Below are positions 1-8,347 of a stretch of DNA of 64,000 nt, piece after piece. The notes under the pieces were generated by a model, which saw nothing but the letters and a program-made list of their open reading frames with translations, made no database searches and had not been told where the DNA came from. The DNA comes from Escherichia phage SP27, in the sequence record LC494302.1; one strand, 5' to 3'. Within the stretch, counting starts at the first letter, position 1. Each line of letters starts with the position of its first letter. The position numbers and the translations under genes are program-made.

Positions 1-94
1 CAGGTACAATATTTCCGTACTTAACCATTCTTGTAAAAGGTAACATAAATCCCTCCTTATTCATTATATCATATTTACCCCATAAAGAAAACCC

Positions 95-123
95 TTGACA
101 TCCTTTCAGTACTGGTGTACTAT
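95..123 (+). promoter_or_regulatory. sigma70-like promoter upstream of family A array
   Basis: TTGACA 95-100, 17 bp spacer, TACTAT 118-123; AAGGAG RBS before ATG 149. Confidence 0.45.
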
Positions 124-148
124 AGAAGGAATATAAGGAGAACTACAC

Positions 149-376
149 ATGACAAATACTCTTAAGTACTACCTCAATACTCTAAATGAACTAGAGTACG
201 GGGAATTTCTCGCGGATAGTTCGTGGCTAATTGAGCTAAAAAATTATAATAGTCCAGGATGCACCCTTATGATGAACAATGCAATTGATACCCTCATTGT
301 GAGTATTTTACACAGCAACATCTGCGGGGATAGCAATAAACAATTATCAAAAATCTTAGTACTGCTATCTATATGA
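149..376 (+). CDS. hypothetical small protein, paralog family A (divergent first member)
   Basis: ORF with RBS; N-term KYYLNTL and NNAIDTL core resemble later copies. Confidence 0.55.
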   Translation: MTNTLKYYLNTLNELEYGEFLADSSWLIELKNYNSPGCTLMMNNAIDTLIVSILHSNICGDSNKQLSKILVLLSI

Positions 377-576
377 ATATCGAACAGTACTACATCGATG
401 CACTACCAACAAAAGGTCTACGTGAAAGCCTACTGCATACACAAACTAATTTCAAACACCTCAAACGTAGCCCTAAACTCCTGAACTCGTACAGGAATAA
501 TAACATAAGAAATGCTTTACAAGGGGTAGAATGTATGCAATACTATTACATCCTTACCCTATTAATTGAGTACTAA
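373..576 (+). CDS. hypothetical small protein, paralog family A
   Basis: ATGA overlap with upstream gene; C-term LTLLIEY tail. Confidence 0.6.
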   Translation: MNIEQYYIDALPTKGLRESLLHTQTNFKHLKRSPKLLNSYRNNNIRNALQGVECMQYYYILTLLIEY

Positions 577-577
577 T

Positions 578-787
578 ATGAATACTGAACATAAAGAATT
601 CTACACCAAATACCTTAGCAACGAAGAACAATTGTTTCTAAGGAGTGTATCACCTGTAAGTACCAATACTCAATTCGGTAGAGATTGCTTTAATAATTGT
701 ATACGTAGTACTCTAGAAGCAATCGAATGCAATAACAAAAATATTATGTACTCAGGTTTAATAGGACTAATATATTTCTATGAATAA
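578..787 (+). CDS. hypothetical small protein, paralog family A
   Basis: start moved to ATG 578 (MNTEHKEFY) by paralog alignment; FNNCIRSTLEA core. Confidence 0.6.
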   Translation: MNTEHKEFYTKYLSNEEQLFLRSVSPVSTNTQFGRDCFNNCIRSTLEAIECNNKNIMYSGLIGLIYFYE

Positions 788-974
788 TCATAAAGATTTC
801 TATTGTAGTAAACTACCCAAACAAGAACAGCTATCATTCTCTTTAGCACCACCTATGAGAAAGGATAATCTGTATTATAATTACGATTTCAGGATGGTGA
901 CACGTTATGCAATAGAACATCAGTTCCCTGAAACTAAGTACCGCTCTATCCTGAACCTCATCTTTAAGTTCTAA
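780..974 (+). CDS. hypothetical small protein, paralog family A
   Basis: MNNHKDFY N-terminus; overlaps neighbour. Confidence 0.6.
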   Translation: MNNHKDFYCSKLPKQEQLSFSLAPPMRKDNLYYNYDFRMVTRYAIEHQFPETKYRSILNLIFKF

Positions 975-1026
975 AAGGTACACCAGGGACCGAGTACTTT
1001 AATATAGTAAGGCTAATTACATTATA

Positions 1027-1212
1027 ATGAATCATATAAGCTACTACTACCAACAACTATCCGACAGAGACAAGTACAGTCACAACTCCCATGTGTGGTA
1101 CTACAAACGCGGCAGTATAAGAGACAAACAACATTACTTCTGTATTTCTATTAAAGAAGCACTGACAACTAAGTACACGTACCGAGCAGTACTTAAACTT
1201 ATTGAAATGTAA
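1027..1212 (+). CDS. hypothetical small protein, paralog family A (VLKLI subgroup)
   Basis: C-term YTYRAVLKLIEM shared with next 4 genes. Confidence 0.6.
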   Translation: MNHISYYYQQLSDRDKYSHNSHVWYYKRGSIRDKQHYFCISIKEALTTKYTYRAVLKLIEM

Positions 1213-1222
1213 AGAGAATACT

Positions 1223-1405
1223 ATGAACATTGAATTGTACTTAAGTAAATTACAGCCTGGCGATAGATTCATCTACAATAAGTTCGAATTCAACTACAAG
1301 AACGGGAGCAACAAATATCGTCGAGGATACCTATATACAAGCACAAGAGATGCACAAAACGAAAAGTACACATACAGAGAAGTACTTAAACTAATCTCTA
1401 TTTGA
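1223..1405 (+). CDS. hypothetical small protein, paralog family A (VLKLI subgroup)
   Basis: track ORF uses TTG at 1202; ATG 1223 (MNIELY) preferred; C-term YTYREVLKLISI. Confidence 0.55.
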   Translation: MNIELYLSKLQPGDRFIYNKFEFNYKNGSNKYRRGYLYTSTRDAQNEKYTYREVLKLISI

Positions 1406-1413
1406 GGTAATAT

Positions 1414-1599
1414 ATGAATACATTTGAGTACTATACCAATAAACTATCTATGCCTGAAAGATCTCATCTCTATGTGTGGAGAAATGCGTATAAAAGCGGC
1501 AATAAACTTATACAAAGAAATTCCCTTACAGTGTGTACAAATTTAATTAAAGCAGAGTACCGCACATATATTGAAGTACTCAAACTGATAGCAATATAA
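1414..1599 (+). CDS. hypothetical small protein, paralog family A (VLKLI subgroup)
   Basis: MNTFEYY N-term; C-term IEVLKLIAI. Confidence 0.6.
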   Translation: MNTFEYYTNKLSMPERSHLYVWRNAYKSGNKLIQRNSLTVCTNLIKAEYRTYIEVLKLIAI

Positions 1600-1607
1600 G
1601 GTACTCT

Positions 1608-1787
1608 ATGCAAGAATTCTATATCTATAACCTCCAGCACAAAGATAGATACAACTATAATAAATTCCAAAGGTACTACACAGTCGGGAACAAAAGAGAT
1701 AAAAAACGTTATCTACTCTCGTGTACAGTAGAAGCACAAAACGAAAAGTACACGTACAGAGAAGTACTTAAACTAATCTCAATCTAA
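1608..1787 (+). CDS. hypothetical small protein, paralog family A (59 aa, below ORF-track cutoff)
   Basis: read by hand: MQEFYIYNLQ...EKYTYREVLKLISI; fills gap between neighbours. Confidence 0.55.
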   Translation: MQEFYIYNLQHKDRYNYNKFQRYYTVGNKRDKKRYLLSCTVEAQNEKYTYREVLKLISI

Positions 1788-1794
1788 GGTAGAC

Positions 1795-1983
1795 ATGAAC
1801 ACTTTTGAGTACTACTTCAATAAACTAAACCACATAGAACAAAGTATGCACAACTCATTTATTCAGCACCATCAATCATCTGCACATGGAATTAAAAATA
1901 TATCGATTGAGATTATCACTACCCGTGTACAGTCATCTGAACGTTATATGTATATTGATGTACTGAAACTCATCTCTATGTAA
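1795..1983 (+). CDS. hypothetical small protein, paralog family A (VLKLI subgroup)
   Basis: MNTFEYYFNKL; C-term YMYIDVLKLISM. Confidence 0.6.
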   Translation: MNTFEYYFNKLNHIEQSMHNSFIQHHQSSAHGIKNISIEIITTRVQSSERYMYIDVLKLISM

Positions 1984-1991
1984 GGAATAAT

Positions 1992-2171
1992 ATGCAAGAA
2001 TACTATATAGAACACATAAGCATTAAAGACCGTTTCATGTACGACACCTTCGTGAAGTACTACAACCTGGCAACTAACAGTACTAAAAATATTAATCTCA
2101 ATAGCTGCATTCATCACGCACTAACAAAAGATAATCCCTTCAGGGAAATCCTCGCACTAGCATCTGTATAA
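1992..2171 (+). CDS. hypothetical small protein, paralog family A (59 aa, below ORF-track cutoff)
   Basis: read by hand: MQEYYIEHIS...NSCIHHALTK...; fills gap. Confidence 0.5.
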   Translation: MQEYYIEHISIKDRFMYDTFVKYYNLATNSTKNINLNSCIHHALTKDNPFREILALASV

Positions 2172-2181
2172 AGGAAACCAA

Positions 2182-2841
2182 ATGAAACTTAATGCACACA
2201 GCAAACAATACCTTAAGCACTTTAAGTACCTCAACAGTATTCAAGCAGAATCTATTACATCTGCATATACGTATCACCCAAATGTACTAAAGAAACGAAA
2301 TAAAAAGAAAAAATCCAGAAATGTTCTCGTATCTAAGAACCTCAAATCGTACTTGAAGAAAAATAATATAGCTCTTGCTTTTATTAATATCTATAATACT
2401 GATTTAAAAGTATTGAGTACTAATACCAGCACAAAAGCACTAAAGAATGCATCTATCTATATACACATGGATAATATCCCGTGCACTATAATTCTATCTT
2501 TCGGGAATGTATACTTCTTCGGGAATTGTAATAGCACCCATGATATCAGTACTGCACAATTCCAAATCGGCGATATGTACTGCATGGGTTCAGAAAAAAT
2601 ACACGATAACATGCACTTCTTCCAAAAGCAACGTACTAACGAAACTGATACAGTACTGCAATTCCTCAAAGAATTACAAGGCAAAGAATTATCAGAAGAA
2701 GATCTATTCATGTACAGTACTGTAATCGATAATCCAGAACTCTATAAAAACGCGTACAATCTAACAAAACATGTACAGGAACTTATCAGTACTGATAAGA
2801 AATTTCATCACCTCATTACGTATATTTCAAACTATGTATAA
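2182..2841 (+). CDS. hypothetical protein, family C-like member embedded in family A array
   Basis: 219 aa; contains EEDLFMYSTVID resembling the family C motif. Confidence 0.55.
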   Translation: MKLNAHSKQYLKHFKYLNSIQAESITSAYTYHPNVLKKRNKKKKSRNVLVSKNLKSYLKKNNIALAFINIYNTDLKVLSTNTSTKALKNASIYIHMDNIPCTIILSFGNVYFFGNCNSTHDISTAQFQIGDMYCMGSEKIHDNMHFFQKQRTNETDTVLQFLKELQGKELSEEDLFMYSTVIDNPELYKNAYNLTKHVQELISTDKKFHHLITYISNYV

Positions 2842-3016
2842 AGAATACTACAAAGATAAAATCCCAATGCATCTACAACACCATATACCAAACGTTGCAT
2901 TGGGTATCAAAGATCACGCAAAGATAATGTTCCAACAATGTACTAAGTACACGCTCATATACGATGATAATCCATATATGCTGTACTACGTAGTAATGCT
3001 AACATTCAGGTACTAA
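2834..3016 (+). CDS. hypothetical small protein, paralog family A
   Basis: start placed at ATG 2834 (MYKEYY); C-term VVMLTFRY. Confidence 0.55.
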   Translation: MYKEYYKDKIPMHLQHHIPNVALGIKDHAKIMFQQCTKYTLIYDDNPYMLYYVVMLTFRY

Positions 3017-3017
3017 T

Positions 3018-3197
3018 ATGAATACTTATAAAGAATTCTACCTCTCGTACCTTAATTCCGATATAGTAACATCCAATACATTCAGTACTAAAATTATCTA
3101 TAATGAATTAATGAAAGAATGTATTAAAGGTGCTATTAACCCTAAAGATACGTATGACTTGTACTATGCAGTACTAACCCTTGTTTTCACGAAATAA
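3018..3197 (+). CDS. hypothetical small protein, paralog family A (59 aa, below ORF-track cutoff)
   Basis: read by hand: MNTYKEFYLSYL...; fills gap. Confidence 0.5.
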   Translation: MNTYKEFYLSYLNSDIVTSNTFSTKIIYNELMKECIKGAINPKDTYDLYYAVLTLVFTK

Positions 3198-3205
3198 CAC
3201 ATAAT

Positions 3206-3397
3206 ATGAATAACCACAAAGAATACTACATAGAGAAACTCCCAATGTATCTCCAACACCTTGTACCAACAGAACCATTGGGTATAGAAAAAAACTACGA
3301 AAAAGACTACTTCATTCAGTGCACTAAATCCTCGATATATATTGAAGACTATAATCGAGTACTGTATCACATCCTTTTACTAATATATAGGTACTAA
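3206..3397 (+). CDS. hypothetical small protein, paralog family A
   Basis: MNNHKEYYIEKLP; C-term ILLLIYRY. Confidence 0.6.
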   Translation: MNNHKEYYIEKLPMYLQHLVPTEPLGIEKNYEKDYFIQCTKSSIYIEDYNRVLYHILLLIYRY

Positions 3398-3398
3398 T

Positions 3399-3581
3399 AT
3401 GCACAAAGAATACTACACACAATTTCTCCCCAGCATTTTTGAACACTACGCCAGATACAAAGTCCCTATGGATAACGATTTGGCAGTACTGGGATTCAAT
3501 AACTGCATAGAACGAAGTATAGAAAATAGTAGTAGTTATGACCAGCTATATAACACTATCCTACTTATATTCAGGTACTAA
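3399..3581 (+). CDS. hypothetical small protein, paralog family A
   Basis: MHKEYYTQFLP; FNNCIERSIEN; ILLIFRY. Confidence 0.6.
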   Translation: MHKEYYTQFLPSIFEHYARYKVPMDNDLAVLGFNNCIERSIENSSSYDQLYNTILLIFRY

Positions 3582-3582
3582 C

Positions 3583-3771
3583 ATGCATAAAGAATACTAC
3601 ACAAAATATTTCCCAATGTACCTCAGAACTAATCTATTAGATAAACCTCGCGGTATCAATGCACAAAATGATAAAGTGTATTTTACTATGTGCACTAAAG
3701 CATGTATACTAGATTTTGACAGCTACCATCGAGTACTGTATCATACCCTGTACCTAGCTTTCGTATTCTAA
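3583..3771 (+). CDS. hypothetical small protein, paralog family A
   Basis: start at ATG 3583 (MHKEYYTKYFP), 1 nt after upstream stop as at other junctions. Confidence 0.6.
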   Translation: MHKEYYTKYFPMYLRTNLLDKPRGINAQNDKVYFTMCTKACILDFDSYHRVLYHTLYLAFVF

Positions 3772-3780
3772 GAGAACAAT

Positions 3781-3966
3781 ATGCATAAAGAATTCTACTT
3801 AAGCCATCTGGATCTAAACTCCCAAATGCTTATACCACTAATCCCAATAGATATCAAGGATAAGAAAAATACCGAACAATTCATTTACCATACACAGTGT
3901 GCGATCACCCCAAATTACATTCCATATGAATTGTACTACATTATCGCCCTAATATATAGGTACTAA
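3781..3966 (+). CDS. hypothetical small protein, paralog family A
   Basis: MHKEFYLSHL; C-term IIALIYRY. Confidence 0.6.
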   Translation: MHKEFYLSHLDLNSQMLIPLIPIDIKDKKNTEQFIYHTQCAITPNYIPYELYYIIALIYRY

Positions 3967-3967
3967 T

Positions 3968-4153
3968 ATGCATAGAGAATACTACACACAATTTGTTAAA
4001 GGGAACTACAAACATGCCGTACCCAGAACCCCTTTAAATTCTCATGACCCAAGTACTATATTCTTGTTTAATGACGCAATACGTACAGTACTCAATACTA
4101 AAGATGAAGATGTGCAGTACGTATTCTTACTATTACTTATATACAGACACTAA
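3968..4153 (+). CDS. hypothetical small protein, paralog family A
   Basis: MHREYYTQF; FNDAIRTVLN; LLLLIYRH. Confidence 0.6.
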   Translation: MHREYYTQFVKGNYKHAVPRTPLNSHDPSTIFLFNDAIRTVLNTKDEDVQYVFLLLLIYRH

Positions 4154-4158
4154 CTAAT

Positions 4159-4341
4159 ATGAATAAAGAACATAAAGAATTCTATATACGAAAACTAACA
4201 TTCGTCCCCGTAAGAATATATAAAGAATGCGACCCAAGATTATACCTATGGCACTTCAATGAGTGCATAAAAGATTCTATATACCATAAGAACTATAAAG
4301 AACAATTGTGCTCAGTACTAACACTAGTACTATCATATTAA
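4159..4341 (+). CDS. hypothetical small protein, paralog family A
   Basis: MNKEHKEFYIRKL; FNECIKDSIYH. Confidence 0.6.
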   Translation: MNKEHKEFYIRKLTFVPVRIYKECDPRLYLWHFNECIKDSIYHKNYKEQLCSVLTLVLSY

Positions 4342-4356
4342 TTAATAGAGAATACT

Positions 4357-4548
4357 ATGTATAAAAACTTCTATATAAGTAAACTAAAAGAAAATGAACA
4401 AGTATGGATTAGATCTATAATTCCACTGGCATTTAATAGATATGCATTTAACAGATGTACCGAGATTGCTATAGACCCTTATAATATTAAAGAGAATGTA
4501 CAGTATAATCAGTACTACTATATCTTAATGCTTATATATAGAAAGTAA
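4357..4548 (+). CDS. hypothetical small protein, paralog family A
   Basis: MYKNFYISKL; FNRCTEIAID; ILMLIYRK. Confidence 0.6.
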   Translation: MYKNFYISKLKENEQVWIRSIIPLAFNRYAFNRCTEIAIDPYNIKENVQYNQYYYILMLIYRK

Positions 4549-5185
4549 TTAAACACATAGAGACAGGGGAAGCTCCTAGTGAACAACCTTTATGTACAGG
4601 CGAATTGTTAAAATTCAGCCTGGACAAATGCGATCACTAGGATTCTCCCCAGGCTAAACCCCGTAATCATAGGTAGTCATAAGTAATCATATATAAACAT
4701 TTATATGAGCACCGTAGAATCACAGAATGATTATATATGATTCAGTACTGATTAGTATAGACAAGAATGCTCAAGAATGCACGGGAAGGATTCAGAATGA
4801 TTCAGTACTGATATGCCACTAAGTAGGCAGAGGAAGTCTGCCGTACTTTGTAGTTTCCAAGCTCCTTTTCCATTTTGCAAATTACATCAAATGTAATCAA
4901 AAGTAATCACGCAATGATTAGTACTGAATTATTACTTTCACCTTAATTTCAATTACCCCTTTACCCTTCGGGGTAAAATTCAATTACCCCTTGAGGCTCC
5001 AGCAAAAAGTTGGTTAGTACTCCATCCTAAATCTGGATCGTAAAAAATTTGGAGTACCTATGAAATAAAAGTTGGATCTTCGAAAGTTGAAATTTACGTT
5101 GGGACATATAGGATTTGTGGGATATAATGAGTTTTGTAGCGATACAGATTATACGATTTCAGTACTGAATAATGAAAGAAAGCTA

Positions 5186-5213
5186 TTGACATTATGATTC
5201 AGTACTGTATAAT
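5186..5213 (+). promoter_or_regulatory. orphan sigma70-like promoter with no downstream ORF
   Basis: TTGACA 5186-5191, 16 bp spacer containing AGTACTG, TATAAT 5208-5213. Confidence 0.5.
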
Positions 5214-5549
5214 GTTCTACATAGGGTGATGAGTTGCTGCGAACAATTCATTTACTCTACCTCCTGTCGTGAGACAGTACAGAAAAGATAGTTCCTCCTG
5301 TGGTGGTACATCTTTTTGAACCTCATATGAAAATCGTAATAACAGTACTGATATTAACAGAATGGTGTCAGTACTGATTTTAATCTAAAGCATTATGCCA
5401 CCAGCACAAGTTGGTGGATTCCCTCTAACAGTATTCAGTACTACATGATAGTCTTCATCCTCCTAGGGTAACATAGTGAGGGCTATGATGGCAGTACTGA
5501 ATACTCCCTTTCAAAAGATAGATCTATGGTATAGTACTGACGGATTTTG

Positions 5550-5745
5550 GGTGTAGTTACCCTGGATGGATTTTGGACGTAGATATGTCTAGCCCTCCAG
5601 AAGTCTGGAAGTAAAGATGGCTATCCATCTAGACGGCTAAACGGATAGATTTCTGGATGGCTGGATGGCTAGACGTTTGGACGGCTAAACGGCTAGATGG
5701 TTACACGTCTGGAAGTATAGACGGCTAAATCAAAATTTTATTTTG
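5550..5745. repeat. cluster of short direct repeats (iteron-like)
   Basis: GACGGCTAAA x3, TCTGGAAGTA x2, several GGATGG/CCATCC and CTAGACG motifs within about 200 bp, locally GC-richer. Confidence 0.5.
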
Positions 5746-5950
5746 TTTTTTCCAATAGTTCCCCTACCGCGTGGGGATAGTTTCCCCGCAGTATCTGGAG
5801 TTAGATTTTTCTGAATCTGGAATCATTATCTTATAAACTGGGGGCAATGTCAACGGCCTGGACGGATATTTTTAAAAATTTTTTCAGTACTGAATTTTGG
5901 GCGTAACTATGCACCCGGTGGGCTTGAGTCTTTCTCGACTTGATGGAACT

Positions 5951-5978
5951 ATTATACAGTACTGAAAAAATAAAGCAA
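5951..5978 (-). promoter_or_regulatory. minus-strand sigma70-like promoter
   Basis: reverse complement reads TTGCTT-16-TATAAT; transcribes leftward through a GCACCCGGTGGG element. Confidence 0.4.
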
Positions 5979-6166
5979 TACCCTGGAAGCAAAAAAGTTT
6001 TAATTAATTTGCTTGCTATCCTGGGCCGGACTATGGTACTATATTTCAGTACTGAGAAAGTGCGTTTACCTGCTAGGGTGCGGGAGTGTATCCTTTTTTT
6101 ATATCTTGAATTTTGGGCGTAATTCCGCACCCTCTGGGGTTTCCGCTTTCTCGCGTCTATGTAGTA

Positions 6167-6194
6167 ATTATACGCTTTTTCAGGATCAAGTCAA
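6167..6194 (-). promoter_or_regulatory. minus-strand sigma70-like promoter
   Basis: reverse complement reads TTGACT-16-GCGTATAAT. Confidence 0.45.
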
Positions 6195-6349
6195 TACCTA
6201 AAAACAAAATAATTGAAAATAATTTAACGCGTTTAAACGGCCCGTAACGCCCTGGAATGATTAGAATGGTGCAAATGTATAGCTTAGGTGTATTAATGCG
6301 TTAGAATGCGTCTGAGGCCGTTTTATGGGGTGTAGTAGTGATTTGGTTG

Positions 6350-6440
6350 ATTCAGTACTGAATAATAGTACTCCTATATAGAAAGATAGTTCCCCTGGAT
6401 GGTTGCAGTACTGAATAATAGTACTCCTATATAGAAAGAA
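6350..6440. repeat. direct repeat of about 34 bp, two copies
   Basis: CAGTACTGAATAATAGTACTCCTATATAGAAAGA occurs twice about 55 bp apart. Confidence 0.7.
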
Positions 6441-6470
6441 AACTATTTTAAAAGTATTTGTAGAAAGTAC

Positions 6471-6530
6471 TTGCACCGTACTGATAAAAGCGTATAATGT
6501 TTTACATCGAGAGCGGGAACACTTCCCGCT
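6471..6530 (+). promoter_or_regulatory. class I early promoter plus 5' stem-loop cassette
   Basis: TTGCAC 6471-6476, TATAAT 6493-6498, GTTTTACATC; hairpin AGCGGGAAcacTTCCCGCT 6512-6530. Confidence 0.65.
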
Positions 6531-6553
6531 ACACATTAAGAGAGATTAAAACG

Positions 6554-6916
6554 ATGGCGACTCAAATCAATAAAATCATGCTTAACCTGGTAAACTTCCG
6601 CGATGAGATGAAAGGTCTTCCGGCTGAAACTGTAAAAATTCACATTGCAGCTTATCGGGAACTTATTGCAATGTTGCCGCTTAAGCGTGAACAATACGCC
6701 GCTACTTTGATGCTGGATTCAATGATCCATATAATGATCTCAAATGATTTAACGATGGTTTATCAGTACATGGGCGAAAATTTCGCGGTGTGTAGTAAGC
6801 CAGTACCAGGGATGGCAACAACTGAGGAATTGCACGGCTTAAACTTAAAACAAGATGCATGGGATAATATGCCTCGTTTCCTGGTATGGGCTGACAGTGG
6901 CAAAATTTACAAATAA
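6554..6916 (+). CDS. hypothetical protein
   Basis: start at ATG 6554 (MATQINK) downstream of cassette; 120 aa. Confidence 0.6.
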   Translation: MATQINKIMLNLVNFRDEMKGLPAETVKIHIAAYRELIAMLPLKREQYAATLMLDSMIHIMISNDLTMVYQYMGENFAVCSKPVPGMATTEELHGLNLKQDAWDNMPRFLVWADSGKIYK

Positions 6917-6930
6917 GTTTAATAAAGTAC

Positions 6931-6989
6931 TTGCAAACTATGTTTAATGGCGTATAATGTTTTACATCAGGTGGGGAATAGTTCCCCAC
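6931..6989 (+). promoter_or_regulatory. class I early promoter plus 5' stem-loop cassette
   Basis: AAAGTACTTGCAA -35, GCGTATAAT -10 at 6953-6958; hairpin GTGGGGAAtagTTCCCCAC 6971-6989. Confidence 0.7.
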
Positions 6990-7008
6990 TATATAAGAGG
7001 ATTAAAAA

Positions 7009-7248
7009 ATGGCTAAATCAAAAATGTTCTTAGGTCACAAAAACAAAACTCATTGGAATGTAAGCCTGTGGATTAATAACGATGAGGGATTGTATCGGTT
7101 GGCCCTGGACTTTATTGCCGCCAATACTAATCGCAATGATGCGGCCCGTCATATGATGTTATTTTTAGAACAGACTGGACAAGATAAAACACCGGACGGA
7201 TTCAAATATAGCACTACTGCGATCCGTGCGGCGATGGTTGGAATGTAA
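7009..7248 (+). CDS. hypothetical protein, paralog of 9050..9289
   Basis: shares HKNKTHWNVSLWINN and TPDGFKYSTTAIRAAMVGM with the 9050 gene. Confidence 0.65.
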   Translation: MAKSKMFLGHKNKTHWNVSLWINNDEGLYRLALDFIAANTNRNDAARHMMLFLEQTGQDKTPDGFKYSTTAIRAAMVGM

Positions 7249-7334
7249 TAGAATTTATTTAAAGTACTATCATTTTTTTGCGATAGTACTTTATAATAGT
7301 GTTTTATTCATACACCAACGATAAGGGCAACAGC

Positions 7335-7601
7335 ATGAATATTAAGTATTTTGCGACGCGTGAACAAGCTCGGATCGCCGCACGCCAGGACGGGGCAACG
7401 TTTAAAGATATGGGAGCGGGATCGGCAAGTGGTGAACGTTGGGCCATTGTAAAGCGTAGTACGGCCAGATCTTTACAGTACTGGTTAGCGGCCTTAAAAA
7501 GTCCCGATAGTGTATCGCGTCGAGTGGTAGAAATAAAGCTCGACCGAAAGGGCAACCGCGTGACCGTGTACCGTACTAAAAAGATTGCAGTACTTGAATA
7601 A
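7335..7601 (+). CDS. hypothetical protein, paralog of 20376..20771
   Basis: shares FATREQARIAAR..GETFKDMG and DRKGNRVTVY; start at ATG 7335. Confidence 0.6.
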   Translation: MNIKYFATREQARIAARQDGATFKDMGAGSASGERWAIVKRSTARSLQYWLAALKSPDSVSRRVVEIKLDRKGNRVTVYRTKKIAVLE

Positions 7602-7608
7602 AAAGTAC

Positions 7609-7667
7609 TTGCAAACTATGTTTAATGGCGTATAATGTTTTACATCGAGAGCGGGAACACTTCCCGC
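7609..7667 (+). promoter_or_regulatory. class I early promoter plus 5' stem-loop cassette
   Basis: TTGCAA 7609-7614, TATAAT 7631-7636; hairpin GCGGGAAcacTTCCCGC 7651-7667. Confidence 0.7.
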
Positions 7668-7688
7668 CTATAACCTGGAGTAATAAAA

Positions 7689-7919
7689 ATGACTAATATG
7701 TATATGACTGAAGTTAAAACCGTAAAAGATACTACCACGAATAAAACTACTTACTTACAGCGGATCTGTGGTGTATGGCAACGTATCAGCAAATCAAAGT
7801 ACTTTAAATTAACATCATATGCAAATCGTTCGGATTCATTCAGTACTGAAATAAAAGGTAATAAAGTACACCAATACGGCACTTATTATTATTATAGCCT
7901 GGACGCGATTGCAGTATAA
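7689..7919 (+). CDS. hypothetical protein
   Basis: GGAG RBS; 76 aa. Confidence 0.55.
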   Translation: MTNMYMTEVKTVKDTTTNKTTYLQRICGVWQRISKSKYFKLTSYANRSDSFSTEIKGNKVHQYGTYYYYSLDAIAV

Positions 7920-7957
7920 GCAGTTTACAAATCTTTACAATTGCCGGTATTGACTTA

Positions 7958-7988
7958 TTTTGTCAGTACTGGCATAATGTATTCATTG
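7958..7988 (+). promoter_or_regulatory. class II promoter (TTGACT ... AGTACTGGCATAAT)
   Basis: ATTGACTtattttgtcAGTACTGGCATAAT; no ORF downstream; faces a minus-strand promoter. Confidence 0.45.
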
Positions 7989-8093
7989 GCAGATAAGCCG
8001 TAGCCCATAGGGTGCGGGAGTGTATCTATAGAAAAAGTAGTTTAGTATAGTTACAATTGTGCACCCGGTGGGTTAGCTGTTGTCATGGGGTAT

Positions 8094-8122
8094 ATTATGC
8101 CAGTACTTGATAATGCTGTCAA
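8094..8122 (-). promoter_or_regulatory. minus-strand class II promoter, convergent with the 7958 promoter
   Basis: reverse complement reads ATTGACAgcattatcaAGTACTGGCATAAT. Confidence 0.45.
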
Positions 8123-8168
8123 TACTTTTTTTTTAATATTCAGTACTGAAAACTATTTTTAAAAAGTA

Positions 8169-8196
8169 CTTGCAAACTATGTTTAAAGGCGTATAA
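8169..8196 (+). promoter_or_regulatory. class I early promoter
   Basis: AAAAGTACTTGCAAactatgtttaaaGGCGTATAATGTTTTACATC. Confidence 0.65.
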
Positions 8197-8205
8197 TGTT
8201 TTACA

Positions 8206-8277
8206 TCAGGACGGGGAACGAAATAAGTAACTTCCCGTTAAGTAGCCCAGGAGTAAGGCACACGAAAAACTCCCCTG
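8206..8277 (+). other. conserved structured RNA-like element, copy 1
   Basis: CAGG-ACGGGGAA...TTCCCGT...CTCCCCTG nested complementarity; near-identical copy at 19183-19251. Confidence 0.4.
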
Positions 8278-8287
8278 ATAAAATAGT

Positions 8288-8315
8288 TTGACAATTGTTT
8301 TTAAAAGCGTATAAT
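8288..8315 (+). promoter_or_regulatory. sigma70-like promoter
   Basis: TTGACA 8288-8293, 16 bp spacer, TATAAT 8310-8315. Confidence 0.6.
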
Positions 8316-8347
8316 ACTTACATCAACTACTGAATGAGGGTTACAAA

